A DNA stretch of 64,000 bases from Octopus vulgaris (GCA_951406725.2 OX597825.1:77810001-77874000), one strand, 5' to 3'; counted from the stretch's first letter, positions 13,913-28,299 are shown. Program-made: numbers and translations. Notes: generated from the sequence alone by a model not told the origin.

Positions 13913-14947
13913 AAGTCATACAGTTAGAAGGAAAATCATCCTAATCGAGGTCGGATGACTTGCTCGGGTGGTGAGGGATAAATTTCTGTCCTGAATTTCA
14001 ATTCTGAGCACCACCATCACTACAGATGATAGAAGTAGCTCACTTACTGAACTGGCCGTTGACAGTTCCTTGTCTGTTCATCTGCTCAGCATGTCCGGAT
14101 GTTAGCCATTCACTCAATGAGGTTCATTTATCTTTTATCTTTCATCTTTTTCTTGCTTCACTTATTACATTGTGGCCATGCTGGAGCACCGCCTTGATGA
14201 GCCTTAAGCTGAATGAATCGACACCAAGACATTTTTTGTTTTGTTTTTGAGCCTGGTCTTTATTCTTAGTCGCCTTATAGAACTATATTCATAAAAAATT
14301 ATTAAACTATATTAACACTCTCAAATTTGAGAAACAAATACTCATAACTATTAAAACTTCATTGTATGTGATTGATACCATGAAATTCCTCGAATTAAGC
14401 TCTATCATTTAAGCTCAATTAAAACACATTTTGCTTTTAAAATACAAAAGTTAATTATACTTAAATCCAATTTTTTACCTTATATTTTTTCACGATATTT
14501 TACCTCACAACATTTTTGATACAAACTTCTGTTGCATGGGACCAAAACTATAAAATTCTTCATGCTTTCTTCTATCATTGAAGCTAAGATAAATATATTT
14601 TGCTTTTAAAATAAAAAAATGTTATTTAGATCTAAACTTGATTGGAGGTGCTAATTGCTCTGCTATAACGTTGCTACAAATTTCGATGTACCCTTTCTTT
14701 TACTGGACCAAATTTCAATTTTGTTATGCCAAAATGTAGCTAAGGACCAGTCCTCTTCAAAAATGTTAACAGTTTTCAATTTGGTTAAGAACTAGATTAG
14801 CGATAGATCTCTGAAGATGCTGCGTGTGAGTAAATTGTGGCCTGGAGAATATTATTCAACTACTACCGTAGTTGAATGATATATACATACATGCATATAT
14901 ACATACATACTTGCATACATATATATGTATATATGTATATATATATA

Positions 14948-15005
<58 letters not shown>

Positions 15006-15829
15006 CACACATATATACATACTTATATATATATATATAAATTAATATATATATATATATATATATATAAGGTTACTACATATGTTACATCTGCTCTTCA
15101 TTGTCGTTTTGAATTTATTTTCAGAAATATTCCATAGATGCATGTTGGGTCCCTGATAAATGGCTTTGATTTATCTAATAATTCAAACAGATTAATGGTG
15201 TTTTTAAAGTCTCTCATTTCTACATTTGCTGAGCGCCGTTTTTATTTAGCAGATATTTGCGCTGATCACCATCGTTTGTTCACTAAATTTATAAACAAAG
15301 CCACTAGTTTCTTTACGCTCAAAGTTTCGATTACTTTTGACTGACGAGACACATGTCGAACCATCCGGTGCTACAGAATCCTGGCAAAAATTAGCCGAGA
15401 CTGTTATGAAGGCATTATCTTCGTAAAAGGGAGAAAGTGTTATCCTGCGACGTACACAACAGTGAATAGCATCTTTACCTTCGAGTCTGTCAGAATGAAA
15501 AGAATATATTTACTAATCATTCTTTCCTGTCTTGCTACGCATAAAGCAAATAACGATATTTTTCAACGTTGTACAGCAAATGGTGCGGCAGGTATTTGAT
15601 GAGAGGGAAGATATAGTTAATATTTCCAGCAACACTTCATTACCCTTTCACAGAGAAATCAAAGTTCATGGTTCCTCCGGTAATTAGCTTAAATATCTAC
15701 CAAAACATATAATTTGTATTCTCTGCAAATCACGTTACCTACGTAAATTTGACATATCTCAACAGAAAATAGTTTCCAAAATGAGATTTCTCAATCAGAG
15801 AAATAAAGTTTGTTTCCAGCTCTTAAGAG

Positions 15830-16140
15830 CAATGAAATTTTGAGCGGACATATCTGATTTCTGCAGTAAAAAGGGGATGAAATTTTGAATAGATGTATCC
15901 GATTTCTGTGGTAGAAGGGTGATGAATTTTTTCTGCTCGAAAAAGCTTTAAAAAGGTAATAAAATTTTAAGCGGATATTTGTGATTTCCGCAGTGTGACG
16001 AAGTTTTCAGTATGTACATTTGATTTCCACAATAAAATGAAGGATGGAATTTTGAGCGGATATATCAGATTTCCGCAGTAGAAGGGGAATGAAATTTGAT
16101 GTGGATATATCAGATTTCCGCAGTAAAATGGTGAAATGTT
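15830..16140. repeat. Degenerate minisatellite with a unit of about 40-45 bp
   Basis: Recurring GATGAAATTTTGAGCGGATATATCAGATTTCCGCAGTAGAAGGG-like units, roughly six to seven copies. Confidence 0.75.
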
Positions 16141-16882
16141 GATCTTAGAGTTACTCGCACGCCGGGCAAAATGCTTAACAGTATTTCGCCATATTTTGCG
16201 CTCTGAGTTCAAATTCCACCGATTTTGACTTGCTTTCATCCCTCCAAGGTCTATAAAATAAATACCAGTCAATTACTGGGGTCGATGTAATCGATTTGCC
16301 ACTTCGCTTCGAAGTTCCTTGCCTTGTACGAAAGTTTAAAAACCAATATTGCAAGTGGAAGCCTACAACGCAATCAACAACACTAGAGACGTTTTCATAT
16401 ACAGATGATTTCATTAAAACAATAGCTTTGCTGATTATAGAAGCAACAATAAGAGTTATATCCCTTGCCTCAGTAGCACTCTCCTGCCATTTTCTATCCG
16501 TATTCTAGATCATATTTTTTTTATTTATTTCCATTTTTTAGCGGTTTCAACGCATATTTGGAACACACAATATTGAATAAAAAAGGCTAACAAATAACAG
16601 CCCTTTCTAATATATGCCATGTGTGTGTGTGTAGTGGTAGGCATGTCTGAGTGCGTACGTGTATGTGTGTGCATGCATATACGAGCGAATGAGAGTGTAC
16701 CTGCATGTTTGTACATGTGTAAATATATACACACATGTACGTATACGTACATAATTGTGTATATATGCATGGTATATATGTATATTTAATTAGTATAAAT
16801 ACAAATATATATGAATTTATGTATTTATGTATATATATATTTGTATTTATGCATATATATATTTGTGTATATGTATATAGAT

Positions 16883-16939
<57 letters not shown>

Positions 16940-16995
16940 GTGTATATATATATTGTATATATGTATGAATGTATATATATATATGTGTGTGTGTG

Positions 16996-17063
<68 letters not shown>

Positions 17064-17692
17064 TATATAACACGATGCATTCAGCCAGCCATCCGTATTA
17101 AGGGCAGGGCAACCAAGTAGGGGAACATGCATGTCGGTAAAACACACATCTGAGCAATATTCAATGAGAAAAATGTGTGGATAAAGCCTTTCTCGAAATT
17201 TCTATCATGGAACGTCTATTCAGCTAAAACAACAATAACCACTACCACCACCACCACCACAGCAACAACAACCACCACAATACTACAAAAGCAGCCATAT
17301 CCAGGCGAAAGAACAACAATCCCAACAAAAACGTCATCAACAAGCGGTCGCATTCAGATATCAAACAATAGCTGAATGAGGTCGACGCAAGGATGAAACA
17401 TAAGCTAGACGGGTTTATCAAAAGAACAGAACAAAGAAGAATATGTCTCCAATGAAAGTATACTTGTATACATTGCTGGGTGTCTATTGATGATAAATAA
17501 AGATGTATTAAACGAAATCGGTTGCGTATGGGCATAGACGTTGGTGGCCATCTTGTAATGTTTTATTGCAACCGTGTTCGGTTTGTGCATACTGCCGGGC
17601 TACAATTATGCTAATATACAACAATATACAACAAATGATTGTATTTCGAAGATTATAGTTGTATTTGTATTCCTATATAGTCACAAATGCTT

Positions 17693-17766
<74 letters not shown>

Positions 17767-18002
17767 GCATAGAAGCGGATATACATTTATGTGCAACATG
17801 AAATACACACAAAATATATTTGTGTCTCTTCATGTATGTATGAGAGACTACATGTAAGTAATTCTCTACATTTCTGTAACCATCTATCTATCAATCAATC
17901 AATGTATCTATATTTATCTATTTATCTATCAACTATCTAGTTATCTAGCTATATATTTATTTACCTATACATAAATACATACATATATATGCGAGTGTAT
18001 GC

Positions 18003-18038
<36 letters not shown>

Positions 18039-18154
18039 TTTGTATGTATGTATGTATATATGTCAGTATATATGTGTTATACACATAGATGAAAATATAT
18101 ATACACATAGATGAAAATATATACATATACACACTCACACACACACACACACAC

Positions 18155-18213
<59 letters not shown>

Positions 18214-18630
18214 ATAATTTAGGTATGTTTTATATTACACGTATATGTGATTCAGTTTCTATGTTTGTATATATATAGATATGCATAAAATATATATAAG
18301 ACTGTAAATACATAGGTATATATGTTTACTTACATATATACATCTGCACACTTTCATATATTTGTGCCTATATATTTATGCGATTCCATGCAGGCACCCG
18401 TACATATACAAACATATATACACGCTATGAATGACGCCATTCAGTTACAATAACGCTTGCCTCTGTGTAGTTGCAGTATCGGATATATTCTTCAATACAA
18501 TAAAATGTTCGCTGATGGTCTGTTGTGCTTCGAACATGCACTGCAGACGGTCGAAAAGCCACCACGTTGAACTGTACGTAGGGAACAAATAACATAAACC
18601 TGTGTTTGTCATAATTTCTTGTAGAGTCGA

Positions 18631-18819
18631 AGGCAGGGCTGTGTGGTAACAAGTTTGCTTCCTAACCACATAGTTCTGGGTTCAGTCCCACTGCACAGCT
18701 CCTAGGACAATTGTCTTCTACTATAGCCCCAGGCCGACCACAGCTTAGTGAGTGGATTTGGTAGAAGGAAACTGAAAGAAGCGCATCATGTATGCGTGTG
18801 CGTTTAAGTGTGAGTGTGT

Positions 18820-18868
<49 letters not shown>

Positions 18869-19078
18869 TTTGTGTTTATCCACTACCACCGTTTGAAAAC
18901 CGGTGTCGGTGTATTTACATCCAGCAGTGTCGGTGTATTTACTTCCAGCGGTTCGGCAAAAGAGAACGATAGAATAAGTACCACGTTTACAAAGAAGCAG
19001 TTGGGGTCGATTCATTCGACTAAAAACTCTTCAAAGCGGTGCCCCAGCATGGCTGCTCTCTAATGACTGAAACAAATA
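18631..19078 (+). mobile_element. SINE family A (diverged)
   Basis: Head GGCTGTGTGGTAAC..GGTTCAGTCCCACTG, internal (TG)n, tail ATGACTGAAACAA. Confidence 0.8.
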
Positions 19079-19275
19079 ATCCATAGAAGATATATGTATG
19101 TTTTTGTTGGCGTGTGTGTATGTATTTACGTATGCAATGTATATGTATGGGTATCAGACGTATGCCAGCCGTTGCCACATGGTGAGTTACCCTTCTTAAC
19201 CTAAAATTTTAACATAAATAATTCTTGTTTTGGAAAAGTGAATCGCGAAGCAGATAAGATTATAAAGAAAAACAT

Positions 19276-19680
19276 GGCGCAGGAGTGGCTGTGTGGTAAG
19301 TAGCTTGCTAACCAACCACATGGTTCCGGGTTCAGTCCCACTGCGTGGCATCTTGGGCAAGTGTCTTCTGCTATAGCCCCGGGCCGACCAATGCCTGGTG
19401 AGTGGATTTGGTAGACGGAAACTGAAAGAAGCCTGTCGTATATATGTATATATATGTATATGTGTGTGTGTGTTTGTGTGTCTGTGTTTGTCCCCCCAAT
19501 ATCGCTTGACAACCGATGCTGGTGTGTTTATGTCCCCGTTACTTAGCGGTTCGGCAAAAGTGACCGATAGAATAAGTACTGGGCTTACAAAGAATAAGTC
19601 CCGAGGTCGATTTGCTCGACTAAAGGCGGTGCTCCAGCATGGCTGCAGTCAAATGACTGAAACAAGTAAAAGAGTAAAAG
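19276..19680 (+). mobile_element. SINE family A, full-length young copy
   Basis: GGCGCAGGAGTGGCTGTGTGGTAAG...GACTGAAACAAGTAAAAGAGTAAAAG; highly similar to 2111-2536. Confidence 0.88.
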
Positions 19681-20101
19681 TATGTAAATATTGGGTCAAA
19701 AATCCCTTTGGGATAGAAATGTTGCAGATTGTATTTGAGACTCGAACCCACGTCTCTTGTCACTATGTCACGCGTTCTACCATTTATCAACATTGAACGT
19801 ACAAACTTAGGTATATTTTAAAACTTTATACGCTAACAAACTGATTTGATGTTTGTTTCTCATTGAGTTTTATTAAATTTTCATAGAAATTATAACATTT
19901 TGTCATGATGTAAATTCCCCATCCTTTGTAGTAGTTGTGCAGTAGCACCCATTCACCATAACCGGAATATGCATTTCGTACATATATGTAGACACACACA
20001 CACATATATACACACACGTGTCTGCACATACATACACACACAGGTGTGTATGTATATACAGACATAGTTCAAACTTATCTAAATATATATAAGCATACAT
20101 G

Positions 20102-20146
<45 letters not shown>

Positions 20147-20276
20147 ACATACATATACATATATACTCACACACGCTACCCTCACACACACACACACATA
20201 TATATATACATGCAACCAGTCTTACGTGTGCATCTGTATTTATGAACATATAGACATATACCTTTATAAATATGGG

Positions 20277-20364
<88 letters not shown>

Positions 20365-20394
20365 TGTATGTGTGCATACATACACACACGTATA

Positions 20395-20433
<39 letters not shown>

Positions 20434-20789
20434 TATATGTACTTACACACATATATCTATGTGTGTCCTTGTGTTTGTATGTGTGTTTGTTTGTGTGCAT
20501 AAATATTCAAGCTAGCTTCTCTATGTCTCTTAATTTTTCCTTTCCTTATTTTTTTTTTCTCTTGTTCTAATCGAAGACGAAGAATTGATATTTTACCACT
20601 GCAGTTTGATGCCTCAAAGTTTTCTTGTTTGCTTTCTATTTTTTTTTTACCAATTTTAACACATTTGTGACACAATATCTTTATATATATTTATATATAT
20701 ATATATATATATATATGGCAAAAACGGTAAGATAACAAAAGAAATGTAACATATTATGTTATAGATATTTATATACATGTATATAAATA

Positions 20790-20833
<44 letters not shown>

Positions 20834-20844
20834 CATATATATAT

Positions 20845-20906
<62 letters not shown>

Positions 20907-21524
20907 TCGTGTCGTCTGTTATCAACATCATATCGAAATCCAATAGACTGACATGAAGAGCAGATTTATCTATCTGAAGAGGTCTCCAAAAATAACACGG
21001 GTCTCTCACTTCTTTTTACATAGCATATTTCTCTGGAAATTCTTCGAGATTGGTTTTTTTTGCTTAATTTTGTTTAACAATCTCTCAAGTTTTTTTTTTT
21101 TTTTATCTTTCATTATAGAAGTTCATGTTTTAACATTGCCAATAATAAAAAAAAATAGATGGTAGGTTAGGAGTATAACAGAATATTCTTTTTCTTGAAG
21201 TGACAGCCAAGTTTATAAATTGATGAGAGAGCATAAGATGAAGATCCTGACAGGAGAATGAATGTTCCTGGAAGTAGGAAGAGCCAGCTAGCTCCTTCAT
21301 GCTTTCGAACATTCAATACTATTTTCGCGCTGTCGGAACTTTCTATATTGCAATCTGCGTGTTTGTTTGTTGATTTTCTGATTCCATTGAACTCTCTCTC
21401 TCTCCGCTCCAACAATCTATCTATCATCTCTTTATCTTAGAAACAACTTTTGTGTCTACATAAATATATACATACATATTTATGTATGTGGGTGTGAGTG
21501 CGTATATGTGTGCCTGCGTACGTG

Positions 21525-21577
<53 letters not shown>

Positions 21578-21580
<3 letters not shown>

Positions 21581-21774
21581 AATCCAAACAAGAAAACAAA
21601 AAGACAACAACGCGAGGATGTGGAACAAATAAAGTATTATTGGACGCTCAGGAAAGAAGGGAAGAAGGAGGGTATGACGTTTCGAGCGGAGCTCTTCGTC
21701 GGAAACATAGGAGAAAGAAAGATCCCGAGGTGGGAGGACAGAGGAAAAAAAATTGCAAGTGGTCTTCACGAGAT

Positions 21775-21775
<1 letters not shown>
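21578..21775 (-). mobile_element. Penelope-pLTR/retrozyme-like element in (TA)n with a minimal hammerhead-like core
   Basis: The minus strand at 21672-21706 reads GTTT-CCGACGA-AGAGCTCCGCTC-GAAAC-GTC-ATAC. It is flanked on both sides by long (TA)n. Confidence 0.68.
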
Positions 21776-21830
<55 letters not shown>

Positions 21831-22123
21831 TAAGCAAAGAAAAACAGTTATATGTTATATTTAAAGGATTAGTGAGAGAGGGAGAGAGAGAGAAGTGTGA
21901 GGTATAAGAAAAAAGAAACAGTCAATGAGAGAAGGTAGAGAGAGAAGTATAGGGTTAGAGTGTTTGTTCTCCTGTTTGTTAAACATATTTCTTTTAGTTG
22001 AGAAAATGTAGTCAACGAAGATAAGTATATGTAAGTAATCAAGTGCTTCCAATGATAAATGAATAAAATAATTCTACTCAATAATCCTACTCAAAAATGT
22101 GCGTATATGTCTGTCAATATATG

Positions 22124-22169
<46 letters not shown>

Positions 22170-22187
22170 TCACAGACATATACGCAC

Positions 22188-22310
<123 letters not shown>

Positions 22311-22325
22311 CAGACATATACGCAC

Positions 22326-22380
<55 letters not shown>

Positions 22381-22381
<1 letters not shown>

Positions 22382-22549
22382 TAAAAGCACCAGAAATAAA
22401 ACAAAACTGTCCGACGAACGGGAACGTCAAACTCTGAGTAACAGCATTCGTTATATTTCTGCTGCTTTTAAATAAAGCATATTACTCTACCTCTGGTATT
22501 TCAGTACTCTTTCTTCTACCTTGTTTGGCATTTATGTGCTTACTCTGGC

Positions 22550-22552
<3 letters not shown>
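22381..22552 (+). mobile_element. Hammerhead-family short element, sense copy with GAAA mutated to CAAA
   Basis: Reads ACTGT-CCGACGA-ACGGGAACGT-CAAA-CTCTGAGT-A-ACAG, enclosed by the inverted repeat TTAAAAGCACCAGAAATA / TATTTCTGCTGCTTTTAA and flanked by (TA)n. Confidence 0.65.
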
Positions 22553-22590
<38 letters not shown>

Positions 22591-23060
22591 GGTGCAGGAA
22601 TGGCTGGGTGTAAGTAGCTTGCTTACCAACCACATGGTTCCGGGTTCAGTCCCACTGCGTGACACCTTAGGCACGTGTCTTCTAATCTAGCCTCGGGTCG
22701 ACCAAAGACTTGTGAGTGGATTTGGTAGACAGAAACTGAAAGAAGTCGTCGTATATATACATATATATATATATATATGTGTGTGTATGTGTGTGTGCGT
22801 GTGTTTATATATATATATATATATATATGCTTGTGTGTGTGTATGTGTATATGCTTGTGTGTCTGTGTTTGTCACCCGAACATCGCTTGAAAACCAATTC
22901 TGGTGTGAGTAGTTCTCTATCTCTTAGCAGTTCGTCAAAAGAGACCGATAGAATAAGTACTAGGCTTATAAAGAATAAGTCCTGGGGTCGATTTGTTCGA
23001 CTAAAAGTGATGCTCCAGCATGGCTGCAGTCAAATGACTGAAGTAAGTAAAAGAACAAAA

Positions 23061-23062
<2 letters not shown>
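22591..23062 (+). mobile_element. SINE family A
   Basis: Same head, body and tail as 19276-19680. Confidence 0.85.
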
Positions 23063-23157
<95 letters not shown>

Positions 23158-23499
23158 ATGAGTGTGTAATTGAAAAAATTTGGAGTCAACACTACAATTG
23201 TTTCTGCGCAACGTAGTTCTCCGGGCGCGCAAGTACTTGATTATGCAGCTGTTACCCTGCATTATGAGATCTAGTTGTGTTTCCTCGGGTGATATATATA
23301 ATTATTGTCTCCGTAAGTTCAAAATCTTTGCCTTGAAGAACATCCTATGTCTGTCGTGTCACCGAGCTTATCAGAGTATGTTGTTGGCTCAAGGGCCGTT
23401 GGTAAACTGCTTTGGATGTGTAGATGTGGACCTGCTTATGGTGCTACCCAATCAGACTGAACCGGAATATACCTGGTTGCAAAGGGAACTTCTTAAGCA

Positions 23500-23725
23500 C
23501 GGCAGAAACGTTAGTATGCCGGGCGAAATGCGTAGCCGTATTTCATCTGTCTTTATGTTCTCAGTTCAAATTCCGCCGAGGTCGACTTTGCCTTTCATCC
23601 TTTCGGGGTCGATTAAATAAGTACCAGTTACGCACTGGGGTCGGTGTAATTGACTTAATCCGTGTGTCTGTCCTTGTTTGTCCTCTCTGTGTTTAGCCCC
23701 TTGTGGGTAGTAAAGAAATAGGTAT
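23500..23725 (+). mobile_element. SINE family B
   Basis: GGCAGAAACGTTAG..GTTCAAATTCCGCCGAGGTCGACTTTGCCTTTCATCC..GTAGTAAAGAAATAGG; matches 37622-37890. Confidence 0.85.
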
Positions 23726-24034
23726 CATCCTATGGCAAAAACCTCTTGCTAGGTGACGTAAGGAGCCATAGAAAAAATTCTTTGAAAGTTTTCGTTCCTG
23801 ATGATATGGGAAACTTAATTACTCTAAATTAATCCGGATACCAGATCCATCTCTACAGATTTGGCCCCTTTTTACGATGTACCGTACAAGAGATTAAGGT
23901 ACTTCTGCAGAGATCAGCAGGCGGTCACACGGGTGTATTCCCCAACTACAACACTACCAACTACCATACGCCAAATTCTTTGAAAATAATTTTGCTAAAA
24001 CCTTTAACGCTGCATTCATAATCGATAATACATA

Positions 24035-24037
24035 ATG

Positions 24038-24099
<62 letters not shown>

Positions 24100-24151
24100 G
24101 ATAAAATAACAACAACAATAATGATAACGATGATGATGAGGAGGAGGAGGA

Positions 24152-24202
<51 letters not shown>

Positions 24203-24315
24203 CGATGTTGATGATGATTTCTTTTATTGGCCAAATAATACAATTGAAGAATAATAATGACAATACTGATAATAACAATAATAATAATAACAACAACAAC
24301 AACAACAACAACAAC

Positions 24316-24350
<35 letters not shown>

Positions 24351-24352
24351 TG

Positions 24353-24389
<37 letters not shown>

Positions 24390-24399
24390 CAACAACAAC

Positions 24400-24431
<32 letters not shown>

Positions 24432-24450
24432 TGATGATAATAATAATCGG
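24035..24450. repeat. Compound (AAT)n/(GAT)n/(AAC)n microsatellite
   Basis: Directly visible; source of the poly-N/M/I/L ORFs. Confidence 0.95.
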
Positions 24451-24818
24451 GATGATAATGGAGTTTACAAGGAAGCCGAATTGATAACCAAAAAAGACTA
24501 TTAATATAAAGCAATAAATCATCGTACCTAAAGATTATTTAACTTCAAACATCTTAATTTCTTTAGTCCTTTCATCACAATATAATTTAAGTGAGCATTC
24601 GTGACTACGCACTCGATCACAGCCAAACACAGTCGCGAACGCATGTACGCACTATCGGACACACTGACACACTCACGCACGCACTCACTTCCATCGTCCT
24701 GGGCGAATGTTTTCATAAATGCATACGTGTGTGCTTGTACGCATGTGGGAACGTGCGCTTGTGTGAGGGTGTATGTGTGTGTGTATGTGTGTGTGTGAAT
24801 ATACGTGCATACATATGC

Positions 24819-24849
<31 letters not shown>

Positions 24850-24884
24850 CACACATACACACACACACATATTTATATATATAT

Positions 24885-25013
<129 letters not shown>

Positions 25014-25380
25014 CATAGTGACAGACAGACAGATAGATCGATAGATAGATTGATATATAGATAGATACACGTATATATCATATTATATCTTCACGCATTC
25101 ATACAATATATATGTGTGTATGTGTGTGTGTGTGTGTGTCTGTCTGTCTGTCTGTCTGTGTGTGTGTTTGTATCCATGTATGAATGTAAGTATGTATGTA
25201 TATATGAGTGTGTAATGAATATGTGTCTGTTCTGTTTTGACACACACGCACAAACATCTACTCACACATACACACACACATATAAATATGTGTATGTACG
25301 TACGTATGTATATGCATGCATCTGTGTTGGAGTATATGAGAGTGGATGTTGGTCTTGTTATTTATGTTATTTTTGCGTGT

Positions 25381-25418
<38 letters not shown>

Positions 25419-25822
25419 ACTCGTCATTGCGCGTATGTGTTGTTTTGTGGCTTTAATAGAGGGCTTTAATAGCAATAAAAATCAATCAAAATTACAAAAT
25501 TAATAGTAGTGACCATTAAAGGTAGCCATAAAAATCAATTAGTTAGAATTACTGTAAAGAGGATAGGGAAAATGACTGTATTTAATGCAGAACAACATCG
25601 CCAGCCTCGCGAATCATTATACGAGATGTTATGAGCGTTACCGATCGTTCTCGTGTCAGTGAGCTCTTAAGAGAAAAAACTTTTTTGTATAGCCCTAAGT
25701 GGTCGATCGATCCCGCTAGGAATAGCGACCCGAATCTCACTCAAATTTCAAATCATTGTTGTTCTGATTCTTTGTGGGGGGGGGGGGTTTATGTGTTTTT
25801 TTACCTAAATTTTTACCTAAAT

Positions 25823-26893
25823 CTTTTCTACATAAATAAACATAACCATGTATGTAACATATTCAACGTGTATATACCGTTGACAGGCAAGTTACTGCTG
25901 TTTTTCGTCCGAGATACAATCTCTTATGGACGTGTATGTGTTAACTCTGTCTTGAGTATAAGGACTCATAAGGCCGGGACTAAATCCTGTTTCTGTGGCG
26001 TGTAAGTAACTGAGATAAGCTAAGTGGTCACGGTTAGAGAGTCTTTGATGAAAGGCTTGCTCCATCAGACAGATATGATCCGGCTTTAATGAGTATCGGA
26101 AATAGTCTCAACTATTCAAAGGGAAAAAAGAACAAATGAGATTGTCACGGTGGGAGTGTCTTTAATGAAAGACCTGCTCCAACAGATAGATTTGACCGGG
26201 CGCTAAAGAGCCTCGGAAACATTAACAATTATAGAAAAGGAAGAAATATATGAGACTGTCACGACTGGAATGTCTTTGAACAAAGGCCTGCTGGTAGTTA
26301 CCTATTATCGCAGTAACAATAATGTTCACTCTAGAAGACATAGTAACCACTGACCAAATTCCATGTAGCACACACCACTGATAAGACTTAATAAGGCCTA
26401 AATGCTTTTGTGACGTTTTCACAAGCAATTGCCGGAATGAATTTCGTCTCATTCCGAATGTATATTGTTATTAACACAACACATCCATTAGGTGCGTAGC
26501 GAAGTGGTTAAGGTGTTACATTCACGATTGCAAGAAATCGGTTTCGATTCCCAGACCGTAAGATACGTTGTGTTCTTGAGCTAAACATTTTATTTCACGT
26601 CGTTCTTGTTCATTCAGCTCTAAATGGTCTCTATGAATATCTACAATGTTAAGCCTACGACAGAAAAACATACCATTGATAATAGGGAAGCATATTAAAA
26701 TCTCAGTTACTTACACGCCACAGAAACAGGATTTAGTCCCGGCCTTATGAGTCCTTATACTCAAGACATAGTTAACACATACACGTCCATAAGAGATTGT
26801 ATCTCGGACGAAAAACAGCAGTAACTTGCCTGTCAACGGTATATACACATTGAATATGTTACATACATGGTTATGTTTATTTATGTAGAAAAG
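25823..26893. repeat. Long inverted repeat with 194-bp arms (25823-26016 and 26700-26893) and a 683-bp spacer
   Basis: Arm 1 (CTTTTCTACATAAATAAAC...GTAAGTAACTGAGAT) is the reverse complement of arm 2 (ATCTCAGTTACTTAC...GTTTATTTATGTAGAAAAG), with two mismatches found by eye. Confidence 0.92.
26491..26755 (+). mobile_element. Diverged tRNA-headed SINE (GGTGCGTAGC..AGTGGTTA head)
   Basis: A-box-like TAGCGAAGTGG and B-box GGTTTCGATTCCC; related to 56790-57048 and 61146-61290. Confidence 0.65.
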
Positions 26894-27334
26894 TAAGAGG
26901 CCAATTAAAGCACAATTGGTTGCATCTTACTTCGTCGTATTGCAGTGGGCCTTCTTGTGATCCGTAATCAAAAGATACTTGCACAAATAGCAAATTCCAG
27001 TAAATGGTTTCTGCCAAAAGACCCGATCTCAGAACAACAAACTCTCAAAGAATAAATCATTATTATTGGTTTTACTTTTACTTGTTTCAGTCATTGGGCA
27101 GCGGCCATGCAGGAGCACCTCCATGTAAGATTTTAGGGGTTAAAATCAGTACGAGTACATATTTATCTTTGTTGTCACTCTGGCACTTATTTTGTCGGCT
27201 TTTCTACTGAATCGCTTAGTTACGGACACGTAAGTAAACCGACACACGTGAGGAAGCAGTTGTGGGAGACAAACGCCAATTTAAAGACACACACACATAG
27301 TTATATACACACACATACACACATACACACACAC

Positions 27335-27386
<52 letters not shown>

Positions 27387-27479
27387 CAAATACGAGGGAT
27401 GACCACTACGTGGACATCCATTATATTTTAAATTTATATTTTAAATTTAAATTTAAATATTTTTAATTTTTAATTTTAA

Positions 27480-27531
<52 letters not shown>

Positions 27532-27532
<1 letters not shown>

Positions 27533-27839
27533 GAGGCGCAATGGCCCAGTGGTTAGGGCAGCGGGCTCGCGGTCGTAGGATCGCGGTCTCGATTCCAAGA
27601 CCGGGCGTTGTGTGTGTTTATTGAGCGAAAACACCTAAAAGCTCCACGAGGCTCCGGCAGGGGGTGGTGATCCCTGTTGTGCTCTTTCACCACTCTTTCT
27701 CCCACTCTTTCTTCTGTTGGCCTGCTCGCTTAGCCAGCGGGGTGGCGTCATTTGAAGGCTAAAACAATGCGAACGCATTGTGACCAGCGATGTGTAGCAA
27801 CATCTGATGGTCTGGTCGGTCATGTGATCACGTGATCAT

Positions 27840-27843
<4 letters not shown>
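27532..27843 (+). mobile_element. tRNA-derived SINE, family C, ending in (CACGTGAT)n
   Basis: tRNA-like head GGCGCAATGGCCCAGTGGTTAGGGCAGCGGGCTCGCGG...TCTCGATTCC and tandem 3' tail CATGTGATCACGTGATCATGTGA; sits between (TG)n and (TA)n. Confidence 0.8.
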
Positions 27844-27910
<67 letters not shown>

Positions 27911-28122
27911 CGGGCTTCTTTCAATTTCCGCCAACTAAATCCACTCACAGGTCATTGGTAGACACGGAAGAATCGTGGAAAGACACGTGCACAAAATCTA
28001 CGCATTGGAATTGAACCCAGAACCAAGTATTCGGGATTTTTACAGATTTTTACAACAGTCACTATATAAAACTAATTAGCACTAATTCTCATGTTCTGTT
28101 TTTTTTTTTTTTATCTTTGCAG

Positions 28123-28299
28123 GAAGTAAGAGACTGGAAATTTGTTGCTATGGTGTTGGATCGTTTTTTCCTGTATATCTTCACCAGCACATGTCTTGCC
28201 GGAACTCTCTGCATCTTTCTCTACGCACCGTCACTCTACGATCATCGCATACCCATGGAGGGAAGTAACGAAATTGGTAACACCACATGTATTTATTGA
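28123..28299 (+). CDS. Nicotinic acetylcholine receptor subunit, terminal coding exon (TM4 plus extracellular C-tail)
   Basis: Reads EVRDWKFVAMVLDRFFLYIFTSTCLAGTLCIFLYAPSLYDHRIPMEGSNEIGNTTCIY*. 'DWKFVAMVLDR.FL.IF' and 'APSLYD' are typical of TM4 in invertebrate neuronal nAChRs. It is preceded by a CTAAT branch-like motif, a poly-T tract and TTGCAG, and joins exon 1..108 in frame. Alpha vs non-alpha cannot be decided because loop C is not in the window. Confidence 0.93.
   Translation, partial: EVRDWKFVAMVLDRFFLYIFTSTCLAGTLCIFLYAPSLYDHRIPMEGSNEIGNTTCIY

Noticed and set aside
14026-14121. Possible cassette exon in the nAChR intron (CTACAG|ATG...GAG|GTTCAT)
   Set aside because: The polypyrimidine tract and donor are weak, the peptide has no nAChR similarity, and the flanking exons already join seamlessly.
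17368-17408. Hammerhead-like CTGAATGA...GAAAC on the + strand
   Set aside because: The core has an extra base, and there is no convincing stem II or repeat-family context.
23180-23620. 146-aa ORF
   Set aside because: It has a non-ATG start, its C-terminal part is SINE-B sequence, and no domain is recognisable.
27532-27610. Possible tRNA gene (also the heads at 2111, 37622 and 61146)
   Set aside because: A and B boxes are present, but there is no complete acceptor stem and each head continues into a multicopy SINE body.
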